NCBI GenBank assembly: GCA_965240325.2
Contig: OZ251229.1
Coordinates: 2,604,001-2,668,000, forward strand
DNA: 64,000 nucleotides
Source of the DNA: Rebecca billardiae RCC1528
Lineage: Eukaryota; Protista; Haptophyta
Direction: 5' to 3'
The notes below the pieces were generated by a model that was not told where the DNA came from, did no database searches, and saw only the letters and a list, made by a program, of their open reading frames with translations. The translations under genes were made by a program, and so were the position numbers. Positions 22,490 through 34,978 of this stretch are shown here, piece after piece. The first letter of the stretch is position 1. Every line of letters begins with the position of its first letter.

Positions 22490-25400
22490 GCTGCGAACTG
22501 CCTGCCCATCCAGCTGCCACTGGGCGCAGGAATTTCGGGTGGGGATTTTCTTTTCCGAATAAGTTGGTGCCGGCCTGAGGCCGGCACCAACCTCTGCCGC
22601 TGGCGGCTGCACTGACAGCGCGCTGGGGGGCGCCGGAGGGCGAGATGGGCGCCGACTGCGCGCCCTCCTGCCGGTAGTTGAGTGCCCGCGAAGGCGGTGC
22701 GCGTGGTCGAGCGCGGCTGAAGAGCAGCCATTTGCGTCGTTCTGCCGCTCGCCGTTCGGAGTCACTGCATCCGCCGCGCCTCAGGCCATCGCGTGCGCCG
22801 CAACAACAAGGAAGTCGTGTGCGTTCCTCGGCTGACTGCACGCGTGCTGCGAGCAGCGGCGTCGGCGTCCGGCACTTGGTTGCACAGGGCAATATCCAGG
22901 GACTTTATGCACGCGTCATCACTCGTAACAGTACGCTGCCTGGCATGCGCATCTGCACGGGTCACACAGCCGTCAAAAGGCATGATCGAGCATCACGCAG
23001 CGGTTGGCATCGACCTACGGCGAGGGTCGTGTGAGCATGAAAAGCACTGACATGCGCCCTTCTGGATAGTGATGTAGTGAGCACATTCCCGCGTGAATGA
23101 AGCGCGCGCCATTTAGGCACCGGACGCGGCGTCGGGGCTGGATGCTCACGTCTTGGGCAGGCTGATGCTGCCTTCTGGCTGCACGGGGTCGGGTGCGTCC
23201 ATCAAGGCTGACCGTGTGTGCGCGATGCGCACCGTGAAGTTCGACAGGAACGTCCAGGCGTGAGCTACTGCTTGACAATGTAGTACACACATTCATACAC
23301 GCGCCGTGTCATCCGAAGAGGCACATACACGCAGGCCATGGGCCTCGTTCAGGTATGTTTTGCATTGCACGCATGTATGTTCGTACTACCTCGGGCCAAG
23401 ATTGACGTCGGAGCACGAGTCAGGGATGTCAGTGCCGAGGCGGAGCTGGACAAACGTCACGTGTGCGGCGACTCCGCGCGAGCGCACATGCTGCGCGTCA
23501 GCGCATATCAGCATGGCGTGCGCTGCAAGTGCAACGTCGTCGTCGGGCCAGAGCGCTTGTTCGACCAATCGAATCGTATGATGCAATCAGCACACCTGAG
23601 CGCAGCTGTTCGGACCCGCGCTCATGCGCGGCGGTGCAAGGCAGCGCAGTGTGTACAGTGTAGGCCTCGCCACGCGGAAGCGCATGCTCCGTGTTTGTCT
23701 CGCCTCGCATGGCGCACGCGGGCGAGGCTGGCCGTGTGGCGGTGTGCACAGACATGCTGGCCCGAGGCAAGTACAGCCGAATGCGATGCGCGGCGCGAAG
23801 CAGCGCATGGCACTTCAGCACGACTGCCCAGCCTAGCTCGCCGGCTCTGCGCTCGCGGGATCGTCCACACGCACGGGAGCGCGGCGCCGTCGCCCGCTCG
23901 CCCGAGACGCGCGCGGCCGCCGCGAAGCGCGCGGCTGAATAAATGCAAGGCGGAAATAAAAAGCGCGCCGATTTTCTCCGACCCTGGGCTTCTGAGACAA
24001 ACGCGTGAAGCGCACTGCTTAGGAGGGGGGGGGGGGCTCCTAAGCAGGGCCTGGAGTCCGGACGCGGCCGCCGCTGCCGCGGGCGCTGCGAGGTTTGAGT
24101 CCGGGTCGCCCTTCCCACGTCGCGCCGCCGCGCGAGAACGCGACGTAGGCCGCGAGGACGTCCCCCCGCGCGCGGCGCGTGGTGCGCCGAGCAAGAGCAC
24201 GTGTACTGCCGCCCTCTGCCGCGGCTCGTCACCTCATCTCACCCGCGTTGCTCAGCGCGGGCGCCGTGCGACGCCGGCGACGTGACTCAGCTTGCACACG
24301 CCGGATGAGAAGCTGCACCCAGAGGCCGAGCTGCGCTCTAGCCCCTGGTGCGCCCGGTGGGCAGCGTGCACATGGATGTTATGCGTCTTCCCCGCGCTCA
24401 GTGGTCTGTCTCGAGGCGTCTCTAGAGTGAGTTGTTGGCTCTGCTACACGACTGCGTTTGAATTGCGCGTGTCGACGCACTCTGTCATGCCCGTGCGTGG
24501 GCAGTGTACGTCCTCAGGTTGCGGGCGCACGCGCGCGCCTGGTCGCAGTAATCATAGGCCTACCCGACACCAACGATTTTGGGTCCTGCACGGTCATCAG
24601 GTGGGCGCAGTGCACGTGCGTGCGCGGTGCGAGTTGCATCCAAGCCGCGACGCCTTTGCGCGCGCTGCTCGCGTTGGCGGAGAGAGGCGAGGAGCGACCG
24701 CCGACGCGTACCTGGGGACTACGTATGACCTTGGTCGACTACCAGCCTCGTCGCGTCCGCGCGCACGGGCCGTATTCGTCCGCACCGACGCTCGCGAGGT
24801 ACGCTAGCAGCGGCACCGGGGGCACGGTGCCGCCTTTCACGGGTTTGAGTCACAAGCCCTGGGTGCCGTGTCCCCAGTGGAGGGCTGCTGCAGACGGGTG
24901 CGTCCACGTTGGTGCGTCCAGCTTGCTCTCCACCAACGGGCCGCTGGGCCTCCAGGCGCTGGAGAGCTCGCCATCCGCCGGAGCAAGGCCGGAGCCAGCG
25001 CAGTCAGCGCACAAGTGCCAACGACGGGCGGCGGAACTGTGAGGCGACCCTCCACGACGGCACCGGCGCCCGCGAGGACGGCGAGACGATCGCCGAGGCC
25101 GACCACGGCGAGGTGAGCTACGCGCATACCTTGCCGGAAGACAACCTCGCCTTCTTGGCCGAGGTCGCTGCTGGAATGCCAGCCACGCGCGGAGGTGCAG
25201 GTGCCCACGGAGGAAGTCACAGGGCGCAAGAAGAAGCGCCGCGTGTACTCGCAGGAAGCCGCCGACCTCTTGCGCTCGACGTGGATGACCACGCCCTCGA
25301 CCCTGCCCAAGCTCAACGTGCGGTCGCTCTCACGCTTCTTTGCACCATGGTCGCAATGGCGTCCGTGTACTGTCTCTACAAGGCGTACAACGCCCTCCTC

Positions 25401-26341
25401 CTGGTCGCGCGTCTCATCATGTTCGCCATCGACTCGTACAACGCCAATGCCGAGGGCGTCGAATTCTACCACCGCGCGGCCTGGGGCGACTTCGCGCCGG
25501 CGATGAACATCACGCGTTCGTTCACTGGCGGCTCGAACTGAGAGTCAAGTGCACGCGGGCTCGCAAGCCATGCCAGCGGTCCGCGCGTATCACCAGTCAT
25601 CAGCCAGCACTCATCCGCGCCAGCAGCATCACATTCGTCATCATCAGCGGCGCGCATCATTATCATCTGTGAGCGCGCGCGCGCGCTGCCGCATGCATGC
25701 GCAGGCAGGCAGTGCGGCATGCATGCGCAGGCAGGCCGGGCGGCACTGGGCCACCGGACCAGGCGATTGACCTCATCAGACATCAACGTGAGCTACTGCT
25801 TCATCGCGCGAGCATATATATATATACCCGTAGTCTGCTCATCAGTATCCACCGCATGTTCTGACACTAAGCAGTAAGCTGCTACATCAGTACGACGTAC
25901 GACTACTCATCACATCAGAATCATCGTCAGCAGCAGGCTATGACGGTCAATAATGACGCGGCGCGCACATTACTTATAAATCGTCATAGTTATAACATGA
26001 CCGCAGACCGCTGCTGCTGCCGAGCGCCCTGGTCGCCCCCGCTTCAGACGGCGGCGGAACTCGACCGCGGTGCCCGTGCCTACCATCGTGTCCGCGAGCG
26101 CCTCTAGGCACATCTGCGCTGTCTGCATCGCCCCGCCGGGGTAGCGCGCGGAGGGCATCGTGCGCCCACTGCGCCCACTGGTTGACTGCCCGCGGCGTCG
26201 TCTCGCCGCACCCGTGCACTTCCGCCGAGCCGCTTGCTGATGAGGGTCACGGCGGTGCCCACGGCCCTTGCCGTGCCGGGTCGCCCATACAACGGCGGCC
26301 TATTGCTAAAGTACGGCCTTATAGCAGGGCCTATATACGAG

Positions 26342-26345
<4 letters not shown>

Positions 26346-26373
<28 letters not shown>
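26346..26373. repeat. (CT)n microsatellite
   Basis: Perfect CT run. Confidence 0.95.
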
Positions 26374-27069
26374 AGTCTCTCTTTACAGTCTCGATCGTCA
26401 TTGTCATTGTCACTATGATGCGTCTACTTAGTACTTACGATGATGACGACTGCTGTTAATATTGACTACGAAGCCTATACGTCAGTACGCCGCGACGCCC
26501 TACTTTAAGCCTACTACGCCGCCGCCGAGACAGTTACGACTTATACGTGGAACGGTGGATGGCCGCCATGGCCGGCACGACGTCGTCATGTAATATAGTA
26601 GTATCGACCGCGTCGACATATCAATCGGTCGTCATCTGACTACGACTCTGACAGACTGATTCACAGCAGCATCAGGGATCCGAGCATATGCTGATGTAAA
26701 CAATGACCGCGTTCCGCGGTCCTTTTCCGTAGAACCAACGCAGTTGGGGGCCCGCGGCGCAGTGGTTGAGAATGAGACCGTGACGTCGTCAATCCGCACG
26801 GTCTGGCGTCTGCCTGGCAGTCAGACAGGCCGAGCCGCACCGTCTCGGAGAGTGAGTGAGAGTCAGACCCGTCCGTCGGACTCGCGGCGCGTGAATGGGC
26901 GCGCCGACGGCCAAGGGTGGCACGGGACACCAGCGGACGGGCCGCGCGGGGAAGCGGGGCGGCGCGCGCGCAGGGCGAGAGGCGCGGACGGGCCGCGCGG
27001 GGAAGCGGGGCGGCGCGCGTGCAGGGCGAGAGGCGCCACGCGGCGCGGGCCGGCGCGTGCGCGCGCGCG

Positions 27070-27630
27070 CGCGCACCTGCTTGAGGTGCTCGCGCTGCGC
27101 CATGCGCTCGACGAAGGGCCGCTGGTCGCTCAGCCGGCGCGCCTCGGGCCGGCATAGCGAGAGCGCGCGCCACTGCTGCCCGCCCACGCTGCGCAGCCAC
27201 GCGCAGACCGAGCGGAGCTCGGGGTGGGACGAAGCGAGTGGCGTGTCGCGCCCGCCGCCAGGCGCACGCGTGCCCTGCTCCGCACCGCGCCGCCGTGCTC
27301 GCCCGCCGCCTGCTCCGCCGCGTCGGCCTCGAGGATGGCGGCGGCCAGCGGCAGGCTGAGCGGCGCGCGCTCGCCCACCGTAGCTTCGAGGGCCGTCCAC
27401 ACCTGCTCGAGCTGCTGCAGGGCGTGGACAAGGGCAGCGCGCGCGCCCAGCGCATCCGTGCCGCGTGACGCAGCGCGTCGAGCTCGGCGTCTCGCTTCGC
27501 CAGCTCGGCGCCCAGCGCCTCTGCGCGCACGCGTCGAGCTCGGCGTCGCGCTTTGCCAGCTCGGCGCCCAGCGCCTTCACGCGCACGTGCTCGTGTATCT
27601 GCGCGCGCACGGCCTGCGCGCCGCCGCCCA
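27070..27630 (-). pseudogene. Decayed HMG-box / coiled-coil gene fragment
   Basis: SHPELRSV..VGGQQWRALS..DQRPFVERM resembles HMG helices 2-3. A 55-bp tandem duplication (ALGAELAKRDAELDA twice, about 27476-27586) shifts the frame. Confidence 0.4.
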
Positions 27631-29606
27631 TCTGCGCGCGCAGACTCGGACTCGTCGCGGCTGGCTGCTAGGGAGTGCTAGGGTGCGCGCCGCGTAGTCG
27701 ATGGCCAAGGCCTGCAGCCAGCGCGCCTGCACCGAGAAAAGAAGGCGCGGCACGCGCGCTATAACCCAGTCCACGCAGACACGCGAGCGCGTGCTGGAGC
27801 GGCGCGCCGGGGCAACCGTCCACGTCGGCCGCGCGGGAGCCGCAGGTACTCTCGCGTGCCTGCGCGACGCAGCGCGCACGCACAGCGAAACGGGCGCGGG
27901 GTAGAAATCAGGAGAGCGCCGCCGCCCGCGCACCACCCCACCGAGAGTGCGCACATGCGCACGCCACGACATGGCACGACATGGCGCACGAGTCGGACGC
28001 AACGCCCGACAGACAGAAGCCTTCGAAAATCCGCGCGCGCCCGCAAACGCGGCCGCGCGCGCGGGCGGGCGCGCGGGCGGGCGCGCGGGCGTGCGTGCGC
28101 CACCCGCGCGGGAGGCGCCCGCGGCCGCGCGGGCGGCGCGCGCGCGGCGCGCGCTCCGCGCGGTCGTCCACACCGATGGCGGTCGATCGAGGGCGACGAG
28201 GGCTCGCCCCGTTTTGGAGCGAGCGCGTGCCGCGCGCCCCCTGGCCCCCAACTGGGTATGATAATACCCACAATTACCCAAAATGACCTTATGCCCCCAA
28301 CACCGTTAGCGAGCCAATGTACTGATATGATAGACTGAACGAGAGTACCCACAATTACCCAATATACTCCAGTAGTGAATACGACCCCGACGAAGCCAAT
28401 ATATATCGGTTGGTTACTTCGCTGATCCCGTAAGGACGTGCAAAAATAGCCTCAAAGAAGCTGACGCTTGTATTGGACTTGTAACCGTCCTACTTCACAC
28501 AGAAGTGAACTCTCACGCCCGGCCGTCCACGATTGATTAGGGGAATGTCGTGGACGCGGTTTTTTTCTCCGTGATGCATGTGTAGAGAGGGTCTCAAAAT
28601 TCGAAACTCGGTCTCCGCCAGCCCTAAAAATCGGCCCCCGCGTCCCTTTTTCTTGATCAAAGATCTTTTTGAAACGTGGTTCCGGCCCGCTGGTGCGGGC
28701 TCCACGCTGCGCGCTCCGCCCTGCACCGCGGGCCATAACTTACTATATTGGGCTCTGGCTCCGGTTGACCCCTGCCAGTCCGGTCATAGAAACCGGGCGT
28801 ACCGAAAATGATATCTTCGCATTCCTGCGGCCGAATGCCAACGCCCGAAGTGTCCCACGGGGCCCCAAGTAGGGTTGCTCTGGATGGCCAATAAGTGCCC
28901 AGGGTGTGAAACTCAGTTTGTGACTACTTCAGACTCATCTATTTTTCATCACACTTCACAGCTATTTACCCAGTCCAAAGACATGTTTCCGATAACTACG
29001 GGTGCATCCGGATCGCTCCCGCACCGTGTTCTGAGTCTGACCAGAATCTGAAATGGGTAATTTTAACATAGTAAAAATAGAGTCTGAACTATAGAGAGAG
29101 AGAGAGAGTCTGAGAGTCAGAGAGAGAGAGGGGCGAAGTGATTGTTGGCCCAGTAATCAGTATCGCTACTCATATCTGAAGTCATCATCATATATCGATC
29201 TAGGCGTCCATTGAGGTGGCCTCCTCCTGTGCAACTTCACGATGACGAGTGATGACGACTTCATCGTCATCGGAAGTAGGAGCGCTCGTCACACTCACAG
29301 TGCTGCACCCCGCGGCCCGTCGGCCGTCCGTCTAGTTACTACCGTACTTCTAGTAGCAGTGGCAGCAGGCGGGTCAACGACAACCGACGAAGCCAGAGCC
29401 ATCATTGACTACTCACACATACGCCTGCTGCTGTTGTCATTATCCTGGATGACCACTGACCAGCCGTGGACTGAATCATCTTATTGGCACAGCATCAGCA
29501 AGTGCTCGGACCGCGCGTGGCGGACTCAGGCGGACGGCCGTCATTCGGAGTTGCCATCCGTCCGTCATCATCATCGTCGACGTGAGACTCCATCAACCCG
29601 CCCATA

Positions 29607-30112
29607 TCATACTACGCCTCCGTGCTGCTGCGCGCTGTGCACCTCGTCTGCAACACCGCACAGTCTGTCCACGATCAGCTCGAAGCGGTCCAAGTCCTCG
29701 TTGATCAATCTCGCCTGCTGTGCGATCTCGCGCATGCGCTCCATTTCGAGGTCCACCTCCAGGCACTTGCGCATGAAGTCTTTGCTCGCCTGCATCGCAT
29801 CCTCGAGCTCCGTTGACGTGCGCTGCAGCGACCCAGCGTACACATTCACGTACTCCACCGTCAGCCCAGTCACCTGCATGATGCGTGCAGCGGGCACGAC
29901 GTCAACAGACATCCTTTTGCGCGGGTCCGGTGCGGGGTGCGCGCGTGTGCAAGTGCGCGCCGCACCTCGTGATACGACTGCCGCAGCGAGGTGACCATGC
30001 CATTCACGTCCGTGAGCAGCGCGTGTGTCTGTTCTTGTATGGCGCTGAGGTCTTTGAACGTGCCACGCGCCTCTTCAGCAGCAGGCGCAGCCGCCAAATC
30101 GTCGGCCGCCAT
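29607..30112 (-). CDS. BORCS6: BLOC-1-related complex subunit 6 (lyspersin)-like; intron 29874-29965
   Basis: Coiled coil LLTDVNGMVTSL..VTGLTVEYVNVY..FMRKCLEVDLEMERMREIAQQARLINEDLDRFE matches the pattern of the BORCS6 C-terminal domain. Confidence 0.65.
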
Positions 30113-30262
30113 CGTGAACGATGAGACCGGCCACCACGGTGCGTCGTACCGGGTACGGCGCACCGCTTGAACCGTCGTCAACGCGTGATGCACCATTGCC
30201 ATTGGCGCATTGCACCGGCGGATCGTCGTATCACCAGCACAACAGGTGCTACTAATGAGACT

Positions 30263-30317
30263 AATTCTATGATTTAAAGACACAGGCACGAGGGCGCAGC
30301 TCTCCTGATTCGTCTGT
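30263..30317 (+). repeat. Dispersed 55-bp repeat, copy 1
   Basis: Identical to 54637-54691; a partial copy lies at 30456-30478. Confidence 0.9.
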
Positions 30318-30641
30318 CGAAGTACTGAATGGAGTTAATGGAGGATGTCGGAGCGCGTTGGCCGCGGGTGAGGGAGTCGTCGTAACCGATGCTGATCACA
30401 CGGTCACTGAGGTAGTAGGCGCCCGGGGATGCCGCTGTTTTGTGACACTATACTCATTCTATGATTTAACGACACAGGTAGGACGACGCGGGTACTATGT
30501 AGCTGGCGATTGTCACTCACTTTCACGATTGTAACCAAATCACTGCGATCGATGCTGGCTGAACAAATGCTCTGAAGCGCGCTCGACCGGCTCCTCCTCG
30601 TCCAGGACCTCATGCATCTCGTCTGCTACCGGTGCACTCGG

Positions 30642-33504
30642 CTACGACTGCTCCGCGCCCGGCGCCCTGTCATAGCCGCGCTCACCGCGCAGCTGGCTGA
30701 TCACGTGCGCGGGGAAGAAGGCGTCCTTGATCTGCACGCGGCCCGCGCGCACGTCGTCGTTCAGCCGCGCGAGCCGCTCCTCCACCGTGCCGCGGAAGGC
30801 GAAGCGCGTGACGGTCACCGCCGAGCGCTGGCCGATGCGGCGCACGCGGCCCTCCGCCTGCGCCTCCTGCGCCGGGTCGCTCGCCGGGTCCATCAGGTAG
30901 ACGCGCGTCGCGGCGGTGAGCGTGAGCCCGACGCTGCCGGTGCCGTAAGTGCTGACGAACACCTTGATCGCCGGCGCGGCCGCCGGGTTGGGCGTGGCGC
31001 AGGCCGACGGCGGCGGCTCGGAGCCGTGCTGGAAGCGGCGCGCCATCTCGAATCGCGCGGCCGAGCCCATCGCCGCCACCAGCGGGAACGCTTGCACCCC
31101 CTCCGCCTCGAGCGCGGCGGTGAGGCGCGCGGCAAATGCAGGGTGGGCGGTGAACGCGACCGCGCGCACCGACCCGCCGGGCGCCGCGGCCGCCGCCGCC
31201 CTCAGGTCGGAGAGCAGCGCCTGCACCTTGGTCGACGCGGCGGCGCGCAGCGCGGGGATCAGCTCGCGGCCGCGCTCGCCGATCGCGGCGGAGAGCGGCG
31301 CGGGCTGCGTGTCCGAGCCGCTCGGCGGCGCGAGCTCGCGCGCCGCCGCCTCGCCCAGCCCGCCCGTCCGCAGCGAGACGCTCGCGCTCGAGCGGTAGAG
31401 CCGGCGCCACGTCTCGGGCGCGCGGCGGCGGAAGGCCTCGAGCTCGGAGGGCTCGACGGCGCTGGCGCACGCCGCCTGTCCGCGCGCGATGCCCGGAATA
31501 CCGCGCACCGTCGGCCGCATGCCCCGTCCGGGGTTCGAGTCGTGCCGGTGCGCCCAATCGTAGAGCTCGCGCTCGGCGCCGCTCAGCTCGAGCAGTCGGC
31601 TGCGCGCGTGCGCGGGCGGCAGCTTGAGCGCGCAGCCGGCGCCGACGCGCTGCGCCATGGTGTGTCGGATGAGCACCGGGCGGAGCGCGCGCGCGAGTCC
31701 GTCCACGCTGCACGCGCGCTGCTCGAGCTGCCTCCGCAGCGCGCTGCCCGACGGGTGGCCGAGCATCTGTAACTGCCGGTCCAATTCGGTGACGTCCGAG
31801 ACGCAGGGCGTGCCGGTGACGCACCAGCGGTGCGCCGCTCTGAAGGTCGAGGTGTAGGTGGGCAGCGCGTGGCCTTCGTCTGCGATCATCCGGTGCGCGC
31901 GCAGCCGCTGCTTGCTCCCGCCGATCGCACCCCACCTCTCGTCCGGCGTCGTCACCAGTACGTCCGCCGTGCGCAGCTTGTCCAGCCCCTGCGCCGTGCC
32001 GAGGCCCGCACACCACGTCGCCACGTGCAGGCCTGGCGCCCAGTGGCGAAACTCGTCCACCCACTGCGGGCGGGTGCGGGCGCGCGCGTGGGGCGGTCGG
32101 TCAGCGCGGGATGCCCATCTGCGCACCCGCCCTGTCGCGCCGCGCGCCGCCCGCTGGGCCGGGGCGCTCGCGGCCTCTCGGCCGCGCGCCGCCGCGCAGG
32201 GCAGCGCGGCGCCCACGGCGAGACCCCCGCGCGAGTGCACCGCGCAGCACAGCACAGCACAGCACAGCACCACACACACAGCACACAGCACAGCACAGCA
32301 CAGCGCAGCACAGCACAGCCCTACGCACCTGTCCGATGAGTGCGGGCGCCGTCTGCACGACCGTCGCCTTGATCGGGACCACGTCGCTCGTGTCGAGCAG
32401 CGCGCGGCAGAAGGCCTTCTCGTCGGGGACGGGCCCAGCGAACGGGTGCGCGAGCACGAGCGCGATGCACACCAGCGTCTTCCCCATCCCCATCTCGTCG
32501 CAGAGCCAGCCCGTCGTGAACGGCAGGCCGTCCGGAGGCGCGGCCGCGGTCGGCGCGGCCGTTTTCTCCAGCTCCGCCATGAAGGCGAGCGACTGCCGCT
32601 GGTAGTGGCGCAGCGTGCAGCCGGGCGCGAGGCCGGCGGGCTCGGCCATCTCGACCGGGTGCACGCGCACGAGGGCCCTGAGCAGCGCCGCCGCGCTCAC
32701 GGCGCGCTGCTGTGGCTGCGGCGCCCAAGCCGGCGCGGGCGGCGGCGCGAAGCGCGAAGGCACGTTTGGCGGCCCCGGCTGCGGCCGCGGCGGAGGCAGC
32801 AGTCCTGCCACTGAGCTCCAGCGCATGTCCGTCGGCCGCGGCGGTTGTCGCGCCGCGGGTGTGGCGGCTGCACTCGTCGCCGCCGTCGCGCTCGGGCGGG
32901 CGGCGGTCATGGCCGCCGCGCCGTGGGTCGGGCGGGCACTGGCGGCAGCCGGCGGCGGCGGCGCCGAGCTGCCCGCGCGCTGCCTTCGGCTGCGCTCCTG
33001 CTGCCAGCGCTTCTCGCGGTGATCGGCGGCGCAGTGCGCCTGCCACTCGGCGCACGCGGCGGCCGGCTTGTCGCACACGTAGCAGTAGCAGTTCTCGCAG
33101 TGCGCCGACTCCTGGCCCTTCGTGAACGGGCAGGCGAGGCAGTTGGGCCGCGCGTGAGGGAAGTCCACGAGAGCCACCGTCCCGCGGGTCCCCACGACCT
33201 GAAAGTCAGCGTCTTCGCCGTCAGCTGCGGGCACGGCCGACGCGGCGGGGGTGCACGTGCGCGGAGGCGCGACGACCTCCTCCACCTCGTCGTCCGTGTC
33301 GCCCAGCGTCACCACCGCCGCGCGCTCGACGTTGGCGCGCTCGCGGGGCCGCTTGGGCTGCTCGCCGCCGTCGCTCGCAGCGAGCGGGCGCTTGCGGTGC
33401 GTGTGCTCCATGGACAGCCGCGACGGTCTTGGTGGGCTCGATCGTACGGTCGTCGCGTCCGGCTCGAGCCTCTCGGGCGAGCGCAGATCGATGACGAGCG
33501 CCAT
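30642..33504 (-). CDS. SNF2-family (RAD5/RAD16-like) ATPase with N-terminal RIN13-like Cys/His domain; intron 32064-32328
   Basis: DFPHARPNC..HCENCYCYVCD..C..W..HC; LRHYQRQSLAFM; GWLCDEMGMGKT; IADEGH; RWCVTGTP; GSVGLTLTAATRVYLMDP; QAEGRVRRIGQ. Confidence 0.9.
32245..32318. repeat. (CACAG)n pentanucleotide repeat inside the SNF2 intron
   Basis: Imperfect GCACA/CACAG array. Confidence 0.9.
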
Positions 33505-34099
33505 CGTCGGCCGCGCGCGCCCGTCGCGCGCGTTTGAGCGAGGGGAGGTGCGCCGCGCTTGATGCTCCTTGTCGTGTCGGCTGCGCTCGCGGGCAGGTGG
33601 ACAAGACACTGGCCCATGCACCCGCCTGGCGGCTCTCGGTTGGCGACAGTGGCACTGCCGGCTGCCAGTGCCGCCAACTGTCGTTGTTCGTCAGCACCGG
33701 ACCGCTGGCTCCGCGCTGCGCCGACCTCTCACTCTGGCTCGTAGACGTAGTCGTAGTGGTGACCTTGGACTCGGTCACCTAGATGTCTACTAGTATGACC
33801 TAAGTGTAAGTGGATGCCACCGACGGAGTGATACAGCTGACAGCAGAGTCTCCCGAACTACAGTAAGTTGCCTGGAATGCCGCCGTCTTATGACTGTACT
33901 CTGAAGTCTGCCCCGGGGGCGGGGCGGGGCCGGGCCCGGCCGCTGGCGGTTGGGGATGGCCGTGGCCCACATGGGCCCCTGATCCCGGCAGGCCGGCGCA
34001 CTCGGTCGACGGGCGAACGAGCTGTAGTCACGCGAGTGCCAACAGGCAGCACGCCAGCACGTGCGTGCATGGCAGCCATCGCAGCAGATGGACGCAGGC

Positions 34100-34978
34100 T
34101 TAGACGCCCTTACTGCGCCAGTCCAGCGTCATCTCCTGCTCCAGGCCCTCCTCGCCCTCCTCGTCCGACTCGGCGCCGTCCGCTGCCGCGGCGAGCGCAG
34201 CGTGTGACAGCGCGCCCACGCTCGTCATTGGCTGGCGCTCGGAGCGCGAGACAGTGGACGCGCGCGCGCGGATGGCGTCGAAGCGCTGGGAGAAGGCGCG
34301 CTGCTCGTGCGCCTCCTCGACGGCCCTCAGCTCCGCCTCCGCCTCCTCCTCCAGCTCATCCGTCGCGTGCGCCCGCGCTACTTCCGGCTCGATCGCCTTT
34401 GCAAAGCTCGCCAGCTCTTGCCTCAGCCGCTCGCCCTTCTGCGTCGTGCTGAGCTGCTGCGCGTCGCTCCGCCCGCGGTTGCTCGGGTCCTCCTGCGGGT
34501 TGTCGAAGAAGTCCGACGGGAGCGCCGAGCCGGGCTGCGTCGGCGGCGCCGCCGCCGCCACCGGCGCACTCGGTGGCGCGGCGGGCGGCGGGACGGCAGC
34601 GGCGACGGCAGCCGCAGTCGTGCCTGGCACCGCGGGCGATGTGCCATCACGGTAGTAGCCCACGCCTCGCTCGCCGTGCTTGAACACGTACCCAGCACGC
34701 GGTCCAGCAAATGCCTGCGTCGGCACGAAGCCGTCAAGGGCGTCGCCCTGTGGCGCACGCTTCTTTGAGGGCTCTGCGGGCGGGCCATCGAGCGCGCTCG
34801 CGTCGCGTTTGCCAGCGACGGCACCTGGGGGTGCGGCCCTCGCGGCGCTGGGCTTGTACTGCTGCCGGACGTCAGTCAGGCGATCGCGGTGCTCTTTGAT
34901 CTTCCCGACCCCGCCCCCGGCCGCCGGGCTCGCCTGCACCTTGAGCAGCGCCTTGAACGAGGTCTTCTGCGACGCCAT
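34100..34978 (-). CDS. ZNF830: ZNF830/CCDC16-like splicing-associated protein
   Basis: ALPSDFFDNP, ELASFAKAI, acidic coil, terminal DWRSKGV. Confidence 0.75.
   Translation of the reverse strand: MASQKTSFKALLKVQASPAAGGGVGKIKEHRDRLTDVRQQYKPSAARAAPPGAVAGKRDASALDGPPAEPSKKRAPQGDALDGFVPTQAFAGPRAGYVFKHGERGVGYYRDGTSPAVPGTTAAAVAAAVPPPAAPPSAPVAAAAPPTQPGSALPSDFFDNPQEDPSNRGRSDAQQLSTTQKGERLRQELASFAKAIEPEVARAHATDELEEEAEAELRAVEEAHEQRAFSQRFDAIRARASTVSRSERQPMTSVGALSHAALAAAADGAESDEEGEEGLEQEMTLDWRSKGV

Noticed and set aside
32101-32328. Cys-rich AVLCC repeat as a protein domain
   Set aside because: It is the (CACAG)n repeat within the SNF2 intron.
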